Of a stretch of DNA of 32,000 nt, positions 24,035-32,000 are shown one piece after another; positions within the stretch are counted from its first letter, which is position 1, and each line of letters starts with the position of its first letter. The stretch spans positions 2,640,001-2,672,000 of the forward strand of contig OZ245049.1 in assembly GCA_965224465.1 (NCBI GenBank), written 5' to 3'. Origin of the DNA: Flavobacteriaceae bacterium (GTDB taxonomy: Bacteria > Bacteroidota > Bacteroidia > Flavobacteriales > Flavobacteriaceae). The notes beneath the pieces were generated by a model. It did not search any database. It saw only the letters and a list, made by a program, of their open reading frames with translations, and had not been told where the DNA came from. The position numbers and the translations under genes are program-made.

Positions 24035-25168
24035 TTATTTTTTATGTAATAATCGGGTCAATTTAATCGAAGTATCTAATAATATTAATTTGGCATTCCC
24101 ATTCCGCTCTATGTGATACATCGCCTCATTTATTTCATTTGAAATCTCTAAAATATTCCCACCGTGAATAAATGGAGCAAATTTAGCGAGCTCAAAATTC
24201 TTAGGCTGTAGAAACACCAATTCATCCACCTTGTAATTTAACATAAGTGCTTGTCTAAAACATTGCAGGCAATAGTGCAAAAAATACTTTTGTGTTTCCC
24301 TACCTGCACCAGCAATATCGGTACTCCATTGGATTAATTCTTCAATCACACTCGCATCAGTTTTTGCTCTAAAAGCAGCACGTACCCAGGTAATAAACCA
24401 TTTCTCGAACTGATCATCTGCATTGCTATTATTTAAAATATGCAATGCTTTGTTAAAATTACCTTCTGCTTGGTGGGCAATATTCTTCGCCGTATCTGGC
24501 AAACAATTTTGTCTACTCACCAATGCATCAGCTATCTGCTGCTCACTCAACTTCGAAAAATGGAGAACTTGACAGCGAGACCTAATGGTATTTATAATCT
24601 GTTCTTCCTGCTCAGCAACAAGGATAAAAACCGTTTTTGCTGGCGGTTCTTCAATCAATTTCAATAATTTATTGGCAGCAGCGATATTCATTTTTTCCGC
24701 CATCCATATCACCATTACTTTATAGCCCCCTTCATAGGATTTTAACTGTAAGGATTTGACAATTCTTTCTGCTTCGTCTACATTAATAATTCCCTGCTTA
24801 TTTTCTATCTCCAACACAGCAAGCCAGTCAAAAAGATTCCCATAAGGACTTTCTTTAACAAAACTTCTGAATTCCTGTAAAAAATCGGTACTCGTTGGAT
24901 GTCTTTTAATCTTCGCTGTACTCGCCACCGGAAATGCGTAATGCAGATCTGGATGGGACATATTTCCACATTTCAACTTTGTCGCCTCGGGATCTTTTGA
25001 TTCCAACGCTAATATATGTTGTGCGTAGGCTAAGGCCATAGGTAAGGTACCACAACCTTCTTTCCCTACAAACAACTGAGCGTGTGCAATCCGACCCTTA
25101 TTTGCAGATGTCTGCAAATGTGATTTTATATGTTCCTGTCCTAAAATATCTGAAAAAAGCATGGACAA
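24035..25168 (-). CDS. holB: DNA polymerase III delta-prime subunit
   Basis: HAQLFVGKEGCGTLPMALAYAQHIL (degenerate Walker A of the clamp-loader delta-prime), KLLKLIEEPP and TIRSRCQ (SRC motif). Confidence 0.8.
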   Translation of the reverse strand: MSMLFSDILGQEHIKSHLQTSANKGRIAHAQLFVGKEGCGTLPMALAYAQHILALESKDPEATKLKCGNMSHPDLHYAFPVASTAKIKRHPTSTDFLQEFRSFVKESPYGNLFDWLAVLEIENKQGIINVDEAERIVKSLQLKSYEGGYKVMVIWMAEKMNIAAANKLLKLIEEPPAKTVFILVAEQEEQIINTIRSRCQVLHFSKLSEQQIADALVSRQNCLPDTAKNIAHQAEGNFNKALHILNNSNADDQFEKWFITWVRAAFRAKTDASVIEELIQWSTDIAGAGRETQKYFLHYCLQCFRQALMLNYKVDELVFLQPKNFELAKFAPFIHGGNILEISNEINEAMYHIERNGNAKLILLDTSIKLTRLLHKK

Positions 25169-25384
25169 AAATACAAAATACTAAGACTAATTTCACAAAA
25201 AAACACCAATAGTTAAGACAAGCTATCTACAATTAAACTAAACAGCCTAAAACCAATACAAAAAAAGACCTAAACTCAATAATAGCAAGCATAGAAAACG
25301 GTTTCGTAAATAAAAAAAAACAGCGTTTTAATTTCTGCTATCTTTGTACGGAAATAGCATCAACAACTTAAAAAATATACAGAG

Positions 25385-26572
25385 ATGAAAACCATAAATG
25401 ATTTTAACTTTAACAATAAAAAAGCGATAATCCGTGTAGATTTTAATGTGCCTTTAAACGAAGCATTTGAAGTAACAGACACCACACGAATTGAAGCTGC
25501 AAAACCAACAATATCTAAAATCTTAGCAGATGGAGGATCGGTAATTTTAATGTCACATTTGGGGCGTCCAAAAGGAGTTGATGCAAAATTTTCTTTAAAA
25601 CACATACTTTCTAAAGTAAATGAAGTATTAGGTGTTACCGTAAAATTCGCTACAGATTGTATTGGTGAAGAAACTACTAAAATGGTCTCTGAATTACAAA
25701 AAGGCGAAGTATTATTATTAGAAAACTTACGTTATTATTCAGAAGAAAAAGAAGGAAACGAAGCTTTTGCTGAGAAACTTGCTGCACATGGAGATATCTA
25801 TGTAAACGATGCCTTTGGAACTGCTCATAGAGCACACGCTTCCACCGCTATTATTGCGAAATTTTTCCCAACTACAAAATGTTTTGGATTGTTATTAGCC
25901 AAAGAAATTGAAAGTATCAACAACGTATTAAATAACAGTGAAAAACCAGTAACAGCTATTATAGGAGGCGCAAAAGTATCTTCTAAAATTGAAGTTATTA
26001 AAAACATTATGGATAAGGTAGATAATATCATTATCGGTGGTGGTATGGCATATACATTTATCAAAGCACAAGGAGGTAAAATTGGAGATTCTATTTGTGA
26101 AGACGACAAAATGGAACTTGCATTAGAAATATTAGCAGAAGCTAAACTAAAGAAAACACGTATTTACTTACCAGTAGATGTAATTGCAGCAGACGCATTT
26201 AGCGAAACTGCAAATACTCAAATTGTTCCATCAAACGAAATCCCTGACGGATGGCAAGGATTGGATTGTGGACCACAATCTAATGTTGCATTTTCTTTTG
26301 TAATTGCAGATTCTAAAACTGTATTATGGAATGGACCTGTAGGAGTTTTTGAAATGAAAGCTTTTAGAAAAGGAACCATAGAAATCGCAAACGCTATTGA
26401 CGAAGCTACCCAAGGAGGAACATTCTCTCTTGTAGGTGGAGGTGATTCTGTTGCTGCAGTAAAACAATTTGGTTTTGCAGATAAAGTAAGTTATGTTTCT
26501 ACTGGTGGTGGAGCAATGTTAGAAATGCTAGAAGGCAAAAAATTACCAGGAATTGAAGCTATCTTAAACTAG
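25385..26572 (+). CDS. pgk: Phosphoglycerate kinase
   Basis: [35 protein letters not shown] and STGGGA are canonical PGK motifs. 395 aa. Confidence 0.95.
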   Translation: MKTINDFNFNNKKAIIRVDFNVPLNEAFEVTDTTRIEAAKPTISKILADGGSVILMSHLGRPKGVDAKFSLKHILSKVNEVLGVTVKFATDCIGEETTKMVSELQKGEVLLLENLRYYSEEKEGNEAFAEKLAAHGDIYVNDAFGTAHRAHASTAIIAKFFPTTKCFGLLLAKEIESINNVLNNSEKPVTAIIGGAKVSSKIEVIKNIMDKVDNIIIGGGMAYTFIKAQGGKIGDSICEDDKMELALEILAEAKLKKTRIYLPVDVIAADAFSETANTQIVPSNEIPDGWQGLDCGPQSNVAFSFVIADSKTVLWNGPVGVFEMKAFRKGTIEIANAIDEATQGGTFSLVGGGDSVAAVKQFGFADKVSYVSTGGGAMLEMLEGKKLPGIEAILN

Positions 26573-26618
26573 ATTTAATTTTAGACACTACTTATAATAC
26601 TTTTTATTAAGTATCTTT

Positions 26619-26653
26619 AAACCATCTTTACGCATTGTAGAGATGGTTTTTTT
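26619..26653 (+). terminator. Rho-independent terminator after pgk
   Basis: AAACCATCT - 13-nt loop - AGATGGTTT followed by a T-run. Confidence 0.7.
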
Positions 26654-26773
26654 ATTTTAAAATGATGTCAATAACAAATACAAAGTATATGCAATACATC
26701 GTGTAAATTCACCTAAAAAAGATGTTTATATAGATTTTTAGTAATTTATACAAGCACCTATAAATCCTAAAAC

Positions 26774-27811
26774 ATGAAATACAATAAACTTCCAAACACA
26801 GACATTTCTATAAGTGACATTTGCTTAGGCACTATGACTTTTGGCGAACAGAATAACGAAAAAGAAGGGCATGACCAGTTAGATTACGCATTGGAACAAG
26901 GAATTAATTTTATTGATACTGCCGAGTTGTACTCCGTTCCTTCAAGATCAGAAACCTATGGCTCTACAGAAAGCATTATTGGTAGCTGGCTAAAAAAAAC
27001 AGGAAACAGAAATAAAATAGTCCTTGCAAGTAAAATAGCTGGACCAGGAGACTACACAGCACATATACGCACTACAGGATTCTCCAAACAAGCCGTTACA
27101 GAAGCGCTACACAATAGTTTAAAACGACTTAAAACAACCTATCTAGACCTTTATCAACTACATTGGCCTACAAGACCTACCAATTTTTTTGGAATTCGAA
27201 ATTACACACATACAAACGCTGAACAACAAGAAGATGAATTTCTAACCGTACTAGAAACCCTCAATCAATTTGTACAAGAAGGAAAAATAAGACATTTAGG
27301 TGTCTCCAATGAAACGGCATGGGGAACCATGAAATTTCTAAGTGAAGCAGAAAAGCACAGATTGCCACGAATAAAAACCATCCAAAACCCCTACTCCTTA
27401 TTAAATAGAACCTACGAAGGCGCATTGGCAGAGATTTCCATGAAAGAAAACATAGGACTCCTTGCCTATTCACCTCTAGCATTTGGAGTGTTATCTGGTA
27501 AATACAGGAATGGAAAAACACCCCAAAACTCACGCATCACCTTATTCCCTCGTTTTGATAGATATTCCAATCAAAATTGCACAAAAGCCGTAGACTTATA
27601 CCATGCGTTAGCAACCAAACACAAGCTAAGTTTAACAGCATTATCATTAGCATTTGTAAGGCAGCAGCCTTGGGTAAGCAGTACCATCATAGGTGCCACT
27701 ACTATGGAACAACTCAAAGAGAACATTGAAACTGCAGGACTTGTCTTGACTACAGAAATCATAGCAGAAATCAATCAAATTAACGAATTGATTCCTAATC
27801 CAGCGCCGTAA
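26774..27811 (+). CDS. NADP(H)-dependent aldo/keto reductase (Tas-like)
   Basis: LGTMTFG, INFIDTAELY, LDLYQLHWP and GVSNE are AKR family motifs. 345 aa. Confidence 0.85.
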   Translation: MKYNKLPNTDISISDICLGTMTFGEQNNEKEGHDQLDYALEQGINFIDTAELYSVPSRSETYGSTESIIGSWLKKTGNRNKIVLASKIAGPGDYTAHIRTTGFSKQAVTEALHNSLKRLKTTYLDLYQLHWPTRPTNFFGIRNYTHTNAEQQEDEFLTVLETLNQFVQEGKIRHLGVSNETAWGTMKFLSEAEKHRLPRIKTIQNPYSLLNRTYEGALAEISMKENIGLLAYSPLAFGVLSGKYRNGKTPQNSRITLFPRFDRYSNQNCTKAVDLYHALATKHKLSLTALSLAFVRQQPWVSSTIIGATTMEQLKENIETAGLVLTTEIIAEINQINELIPNPAP

Positions 27812-27840
27812 AACCTTATACATACACAACATAAGAAAGT

Positions 27841-27883
27841 AAAAGTCTTGCTAGGATTATTGGGTCCTTTACGCAAGACTTTT
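27841..27883 (+). terminator. Possible terminator hairpin after the reductase gene
   Basis: AAAAGTCTTGC - 21-nt loop - GCAAGACTTTT. The loop is large and the T-run is short. Confidence 0.4.
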
Positions 27884-28061
27884 GCAATTACAAATGATAT
27901 TTAACAGTAAATACGCCTTCTAAATCCACATAATAATCAATAACGGTTCTAAATTAAGAAAAACAGTAAAAAATGTCTCTAAAAAAAACTACAACAACCT
28001 GATTTACTAGCTATTGACACGTGTTAATCACACAAACAGAAAAAGACCTTTATATCATCTT

Positions 28062-28077
28062 ACTGACAATTGTCAGT
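28062..28077. promoter_or_regulatory. Perfect 16-bp palindrome ACTGACAATTGTCAGT, candidate Crp/Fnr-type operator upstream of the porin-nrf cluster
   Basis: Contains TGA-N6-TCA, the core of Crp/Fnr-family boxes. It lies 57 nt upstream of the ATG at 28134. A second, imperfect site TTGACACGTGTTAA sits at 28014-28027. Confidence 0.4.
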
Positions 28078-28133
28078 GTCTAAACGTAAATTTTAACGGA
28101 TTTTTGTGATATAATGTTACACACAAAAAAGAC

Positions 28134-29375
28134 ATGAGAATCAAACAACTATTTTTAGGGATTTTGGGATTAGTGGCCGTACAGAGTTATGCGCAACTGA
28201 CCATTAATGGAGAATTAAGGCCACGAGCTGAGTATCAAAATGATACAAAAACACTGAATGCAGATGCAACAGATCCTGCGTTGTTTGTATCTCAACGTAC
28301 ACGTATCAACACCAAATTTAAGACAGAAACATATACCTTTTATGTAAGCATGCAAGACGTGAGAGTTTGGGGTGATGTTAAACAATTGGCTGATAATGGA
28401 AACTCATTATCTTTACACCAAGCTTGGGGAGAAGTAAAATTCGCACCTAATTTTTCTGTAAAAGTAGGACGTCAAGAGATTATTTTAGACGACAGTCGTA
28501 TCTTCGGAAATGTAGGTTGGGCACAACAAGGACGTTCTCATGACGCTGCTATATTTAAACTTGGCAATTCCAAGTACAAATTAGACTTAGGAATCGCTTA
28601 CAATCAAGACACCGATAAAACTACAAAAGGTACAGACTACAACGTAGCTGGCAACTATAAAACGATGCAATACGCATGGTTTCATAAAGATTTCAGCAAC
28701 ATAAAAGCAAGCTTCTTGTTTTTAAACAATGGATTGGTACCTACACCAACGGCAAACATTAACTATAGCCAAACATACGGAACACATTTAAAATTTAAAG
28801 CAGCAAACAACGTATCCGCAGCATTTAATGGTTACTACCAAGGAGGAGAAGACATATCAGGAAAAGACCTAAGTGCTTACCTCTTAGGATTAGATTTAGG
28901 GTACAAAGCAAACGAAACATGGAAATTTGGACTTGGATTTGAAATGCAATCAGGAAACGATTACAACAGCACATCATCAGACAATAAAGCTTTTACACCA
29001 TTCTATGGCACCAACCATAAGTTCAATGGGTTTATGGATTATTTTTATGTTGGAAACCACGGAAACAGTGTTGGATTGGTTGATTTATACTTAAAAGCAT
29101 CTGCTAAACTTAATCAAAAATCAAGCATCACAGCATTTGTACACAATTTCTCAGCACAAGCAGCTATTGCAGCAAATGTAAACAAGGCATTAGGAACAGA
29201 AATTGACCTCGTGTACAAGTACAAAGTAAACAAAGACGTTTCAATTTCAGCTGGATATTCTCAGATGTTCGCATCAGAAGGATTGGAAGTATTAAAAGGA
29301 AACGCAGACGGAAACACCAATGATTGGGGATGGTTAATGTTAACGATCAAACCAAGTTTGTTTATCTCTAAATAA
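28134..29375 (+). CDS. Outer-membrane beta-barrel porin (alginate-export-like family)
   Basis: Signal peptide ending SYAQ. GELRPRAEY near the N-terminus and alternating beta-strand pattern. 413 aa. Confidence 0.6.
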   Translation: MRIKQLFLGILGLVAVQSYAQLTINGELRPRAEYQNDTKTLNADATDPALFVSQRTRINTKFKTETYTFYVSMQDVRVWGDVKQLADNGNSLSLHQAWGEVKFAPNFSVKVGRQEIILDDSRIFGNVGWAQQGRSHDAAIFKLGNSKYKLDLGIAYNQDTDKTTKGTDYNVAGNYKTMQYAWFHKDFSNIKASFLFLNNGLVPTPTANINYSQTYGTHLKFKAANNVSAAFNGYYQGGEDISGKDLSAYLLGLDLGYKANETWKFGLGFEMQSGNDYNSTSSDNKAFTPFYGTNHKFNGFMDYFYVGNHGNSVGLVDLYLKASAKLNQKSSITAFVHNFSAQAAIAANVNKALGTEIDLVYKYKVNKDVSISAGYSQMFASEGLEVLKGNADGNTNDWGWLMLTIKPSLFISK

Positions 29376-29384
29376 TAGTAAATT

Positions 29385-29996
29385 ATGAGTTTTTTTAGAT
29401 ATCTATTACCACCACCAGAATGGCGCTTACCCGTGATTATTCTACTAGGTGCGTTAACAGGACTCACTTTATATGTTTTAATTGAATCTAAAGCGATATC
29501 CTATTTATCAGACGACCCTAAAACCTGTGCCAACTGTCATGTTATGACACCGCAATATGCAACATGGCAAAACAGTTCACACAGAGAATGGGCTAGCTGT
29601 AACGACTGTCACGTACCGCAAGACAATGTATTTAGAAAATACTTTTTCAAGGCAAAAGACGGACTCTACCATTCCTATATGTTTACCACGCGTCAAGAGC
29701 CCGAGGTAATACGTATGAAAGAAGCAGGAATTGAAGTAGTTCAAGAAAACTGTATCCGATGCCATGAAGATCAGGTAACCGATGCTCGTTTAAGCGGAAT
29801 GATACCCAATCATAAAAAAAACCGTACCGAGCGTAAATGCTGGTCCTGTCATCAGGAAGTACCACACGGATCTGTACACAGTTTATCATCCGTAAAATAC
29901 TACGGAAAAATATCCAAAGAACACCAAGAAACGGTGCCAGATTGGTTGAAAAGTTTAACAAAAGAATCAGAAGAAAAAAAAATAAAATCAAAGTAA
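29385..29996 (+). CDS. nrfH: Cytochrome c nitrite reductase small subunit NrfH (NapC/NirT tetrahaem quinol dehydrogenase)
   Basis: N-terminal TM helix and four CxxCH motifs (CANCH, CNDCH, CIRCH, CWSCH). Located immediately upstream of nrfA. Confidence 0.9.
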   Translation: MSFFRYLLPPPEWRLPVIILLGALTGLTLYVLIESKAISYLSDDPKTCANCHVMTPQYATWQNSSHREWASCNDCHVPQDNVFRKYFFKAKDGLYHSYMFTTRQEPEVIRMKEAGIEVVQENCIRCHEDQVTDARLSGMIPNHKKNRTERKCWSCHQEVPHGSVHSLSSVKYYGKISKEHQETVPDWLKSLTKESEEKKIKSK

Positions 29997-29997
29997 C

Positions 29998-31488
29998 ATG
30001 AGTAATAAAAGAAAACCTTGGATGAACTGGATGCTATTCCTATCATCTTTAGTTATTGTATTCTTATTAGGATTACTAGTATCTACAATTACAGAACGCA
30101 AAGTAGAGGCTAGATTTGCCTATACTCCGGTAAACAACATTAATAAATTAGAACCAAGAAACGAAGTTTGGGGAGAAAATTTCCCTCGTGAATTTCAATC
30201 TTACTACAAAACAGCAGACACAACTTTTAGGTCTAAATACAACGGTAACGCTGTAATAGACATGCTAGAAGTAGATCCTAGACTGGTTGTTTTATGGGCT
30301 GGTTATGGTTTTTCTAAAGATTATAATCAAGGACGTGGACATGTGTATGCCATTGACGACATCCGTAACACCTTAAGAACTGGTGGACCAAAAGGCAAAA
30401 AGGACGGACCAATGCCTGCTACGTGTTGGACCTGTAAATCTCCAGATGTTCCCCGTTATATCAACGAAAACGGAACCGACAAATACTATAGTGGTAAATG
30501 GGCTGGTAAAGGAGAAGAATTCGTAAACCCAATAGGATGTGCGAACTGTCATGATGAAAAAAGCATGAACTTAACCATTACTCAACCTGCATTAATTGAA
30601 GCTTTTGAGCGTCAAGGAAAAGACATTACCAAAGCATCTCATAACGACATGCGTTCATTAGTATGTGCACAATGTCACGTAGAATATTACTTTAACAAAC
30701 ACCTACCAGGAAAAGAAGGAATTCCTTATCTAGTATTCCCTTGGGATGAAGGACAAACTGTTGAGGACATGGAAAAATACTATGACAATATAGGCCATGT
30801 AGACTGGACACATAAAATAAGTAGAGCTCCAATGTTAAAAGCACAACACCCAGGATATGAAACTTTCCAAATGGGGATTCATGGTAAACGTGGTGTTTCT
30901 TGTGCAGATTGTCACATGCCTTATAAAACAGAAGGTGGACAGAAATTTACAGATCACCATATCCAATCTCCATTAAACAACGTGGCAAACTCTTGTCAGG
31001 TATGTCACCGTGAAGAAACAAAAGAATTGATTCAGAATGTATATGACAACCAAGATCGCATCATTGGAAATAGAGATCAATTGGAACGCTTGTTAGTTCG
31101 TGCACACGTTGAAGCAGGTAAATGTTGGGATTTAGGTGCTACAGAAGCACAAATGAAAGACATCTTACACGGTATTCGTAGTGGACAATGGCGTTGGGAT
31201 TACGCTGCTGCATCACATGGAGGATCTTTCCATGCTCCAGTAGAATTAGGTCGTGTAATTGGTACAGGTATTGATATAACTCAAGAAACCAGAATCAAAC
31301 TAGCAAAATTGTTGATGACATTAGGATTCAAAGGGGATGTTCCTTATCCAGATATCTCAACAAAAGAAAAAGCACAGAAATATATTGGATTGCCAATGGA
31401 AAAATTAAGAGCTGAAAAAGCAACATTCTTAAAAGAATTGGCTCCACAATGGGACGCTGCAGCTAAAGAACGCGAAAGTAAGTACTAA
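29998..31488 (+). CDS. nrfA: Ammonia-forming pentahaem cytochrome c nitrite reductase NrfA
   Basis: The CWTCK active-site haem motif (nt 30424-30438) plus four CxxCH motifs (CANCH, CAQCH, CADCH, CQVCH). N-terminal membrane/signal anchor. 496 aa. Confidence 0.95.
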   Translation: MSNKRKPWMNWMLFLSSLVIVFLLGLLVSTITERKVEARFAYTPVNNINKLEPRNEVWGENFPREFQSYYKTADTTFRSKYNGNAVIDMLEVDPRLVVLWAGYGFSKDYNQGRGHVYAIDDIRNTLRTGGPKGKKDGPMPATCWTCKSPDVPRYINENGTDKYYSGKWAGKGEEFVNPIGCANCHDEKSMNLTITQPALIEAFERQGKDITKASHNDMRSLVCAQCHVEYYFNKHLPGKEGIPYLVFPWDEGQTVEDMEKYYDNIGHVDWTHKISRAPMLKAQHPGYETFQMGIHGKRGVSCADCHMPYKTEGGQKFTDHHIQSPLNNVANSCQVCHREETKELIQNVYDNQDRIIGNRDQLERLLVRAHVEAGKCWDLGATEAQMKDILHGIRSGQWRWDYAAASHGGSFHAPVELGRVIGTGIDITQETRIKLAKLLMTLGFKGDVPYPDISTKEKAQKYIGLPMEKLRAEKATFLKELAPQWDAAAKERESKY

Positions 31489-31505
31489 TTTGTACTAAAA
31501 TTTAT

Positions 31506-31546
31506 AAATGGCGAATGTGTTTCACGATGCATTCGCCATTTTTTTA
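31506..31546 (+). terminator. Rho-independent terminator-like hairpin after nrfA
   Basis: ATGGCGAATG - 12-nt loop - CATTCGCCAT followed by T7. Confidence 0.75.
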
Positions 31547-31576
31547 TTCTATTGTTTGCTACTATATTTGCCAACT

Positions 31577-32000
31577 ATGACTCACAAAACAAAACGACCT
31601 CAACATTATCTATGGGATACGCCTTGGGGCTATGCCGAATCTTTTTTAATAACCTTTGGGCTTTTAATCACAGGATTTATAATGGAAGCTAGTTTGGGAA
31701 CACAAACAGCTATTTCTTTAATCTTCCCTTACAACCTAACACTATTAATTGCCTATATATGCCTATTAATTGCCCTCTACAAATGGGCTAGTAATCATCC
31801 CATCGTACGGTGGTTAAGTAAAATACCTGCAAGTATCACTAGCATTGTTTTTGTCACTCTATTAGTGATGATTATGGGGATTATCCCGCAAATACACAGC
31901 GAAAATTACACGATAAACCTCCTAGGACTCAATCACATCACCACCAATTGGGCTTTCTTGTTAATCATCGGATTGTTCCTAACCTGCTTAGGTTTGATTT
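31577..32000 (+). CDS. 5' part of a ResB/CcsB-like cytochrome c biogenesis membrane protein (runs off the window)
   Basis: The ATG at 31577 opens a frame with no stop to the window end, and this ORF is absent from the ORF track. It is hydrophobic. VRWLSKIPASITSIVFVTLLVMIMGIIPQ resembles the ResB N-terminal motif. A gene of this kind next to nrfHA fits haem attachment to the cytochromes. Confidence 0.5.
   Translation, partial: MTHKTKRPQHYLWDTPWGYAESFLITFGLLITGFIMEASLGTQTAISLIFPYNLTLLIAYICLLIALYKWASNHPIVRWLSKIPASITSIVFVTLLVMIMGIIPQIHSENYTINLLGLNHITTNWAFLLIIGLFLTCLGLI

Noticed and set aside
24440-29991. Short antisense or alternative-frame ORFs within holB, pgk, the reductase, the porin and nrfH (24440-24667, 25360-25605, 25825-26109, 27261-27533, 27571-27832, 29261-29467, 29577-29991)
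   Set aside because: All are embedded in genes with strong motif support on the other strand or frame. Their compositions are typical of antisense translation.
1-32000. CRISPR arrays, tRNA or rRNA genes, and phage or integrase genes marking the island
   Set aside because: I found no short regularly spaced direct repeats and no tRNA-like cloverleaf stretches. No tyrosine or serine recombinase ORFs are present. The only recombinases are the two IS transposases.

Overview
AT-rich window that looks like a Flavobacteriia/Bacteroidota chromosome, in two very different halves. (1) nt 1 to about 19,300 is an accessory island on the + strand. It holds a T6SS(iii)-type tube protein gene (tssD/hcp) with a C-terminal extension and at least six toxin-like ORFs without signal peptides. 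Each toxin is followed directly by a small ORF with a signal peptide or lipobox, which I read as immunity candidates. The toxin domains I can assign are an M43/metzincin-like HExxHxxGxxH domain, a His/Cys-dyad domain, a DUF3289-like domain, a pyroglutamyl-peptidase (C15)-like domain with Ser in place of the Cys nucleophile, and a YkuD/Tlde1-like domain with Tyr in place of the Cys. One further toxin family, present in two versions, I cannot place. The island is heavily rearranged. It contains start-less (5'-truncated) toxin modules, a tandem repeat of about 1.03 kb built from a toxin tail plus an immunity gene, and a chimeric toxin junction. It also has a 436-bp near-identical duplication of an immunity gene, a three-copy inter-cassette repeat with hairpins, and a leader of about 350-400 bp shared by two effector genes. 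One decayed IS701-like element is present, and one intact IS30 splits a lipoprotein gene. (2) nt 19,500 to 32,000 is ordinary core genome: a POT peptide transporter, a two-component pair, a DnaQ-like exonuclease, holB, pgk, an aldo/keto reductase, and a porin-nrfH-nrfA-cytochrome-biogenesis module for ammonifying nitrite reduction. I saw no rRNA, tRNA or CRISPR array. All assignments come from reading motifs by eye; no database search was run.
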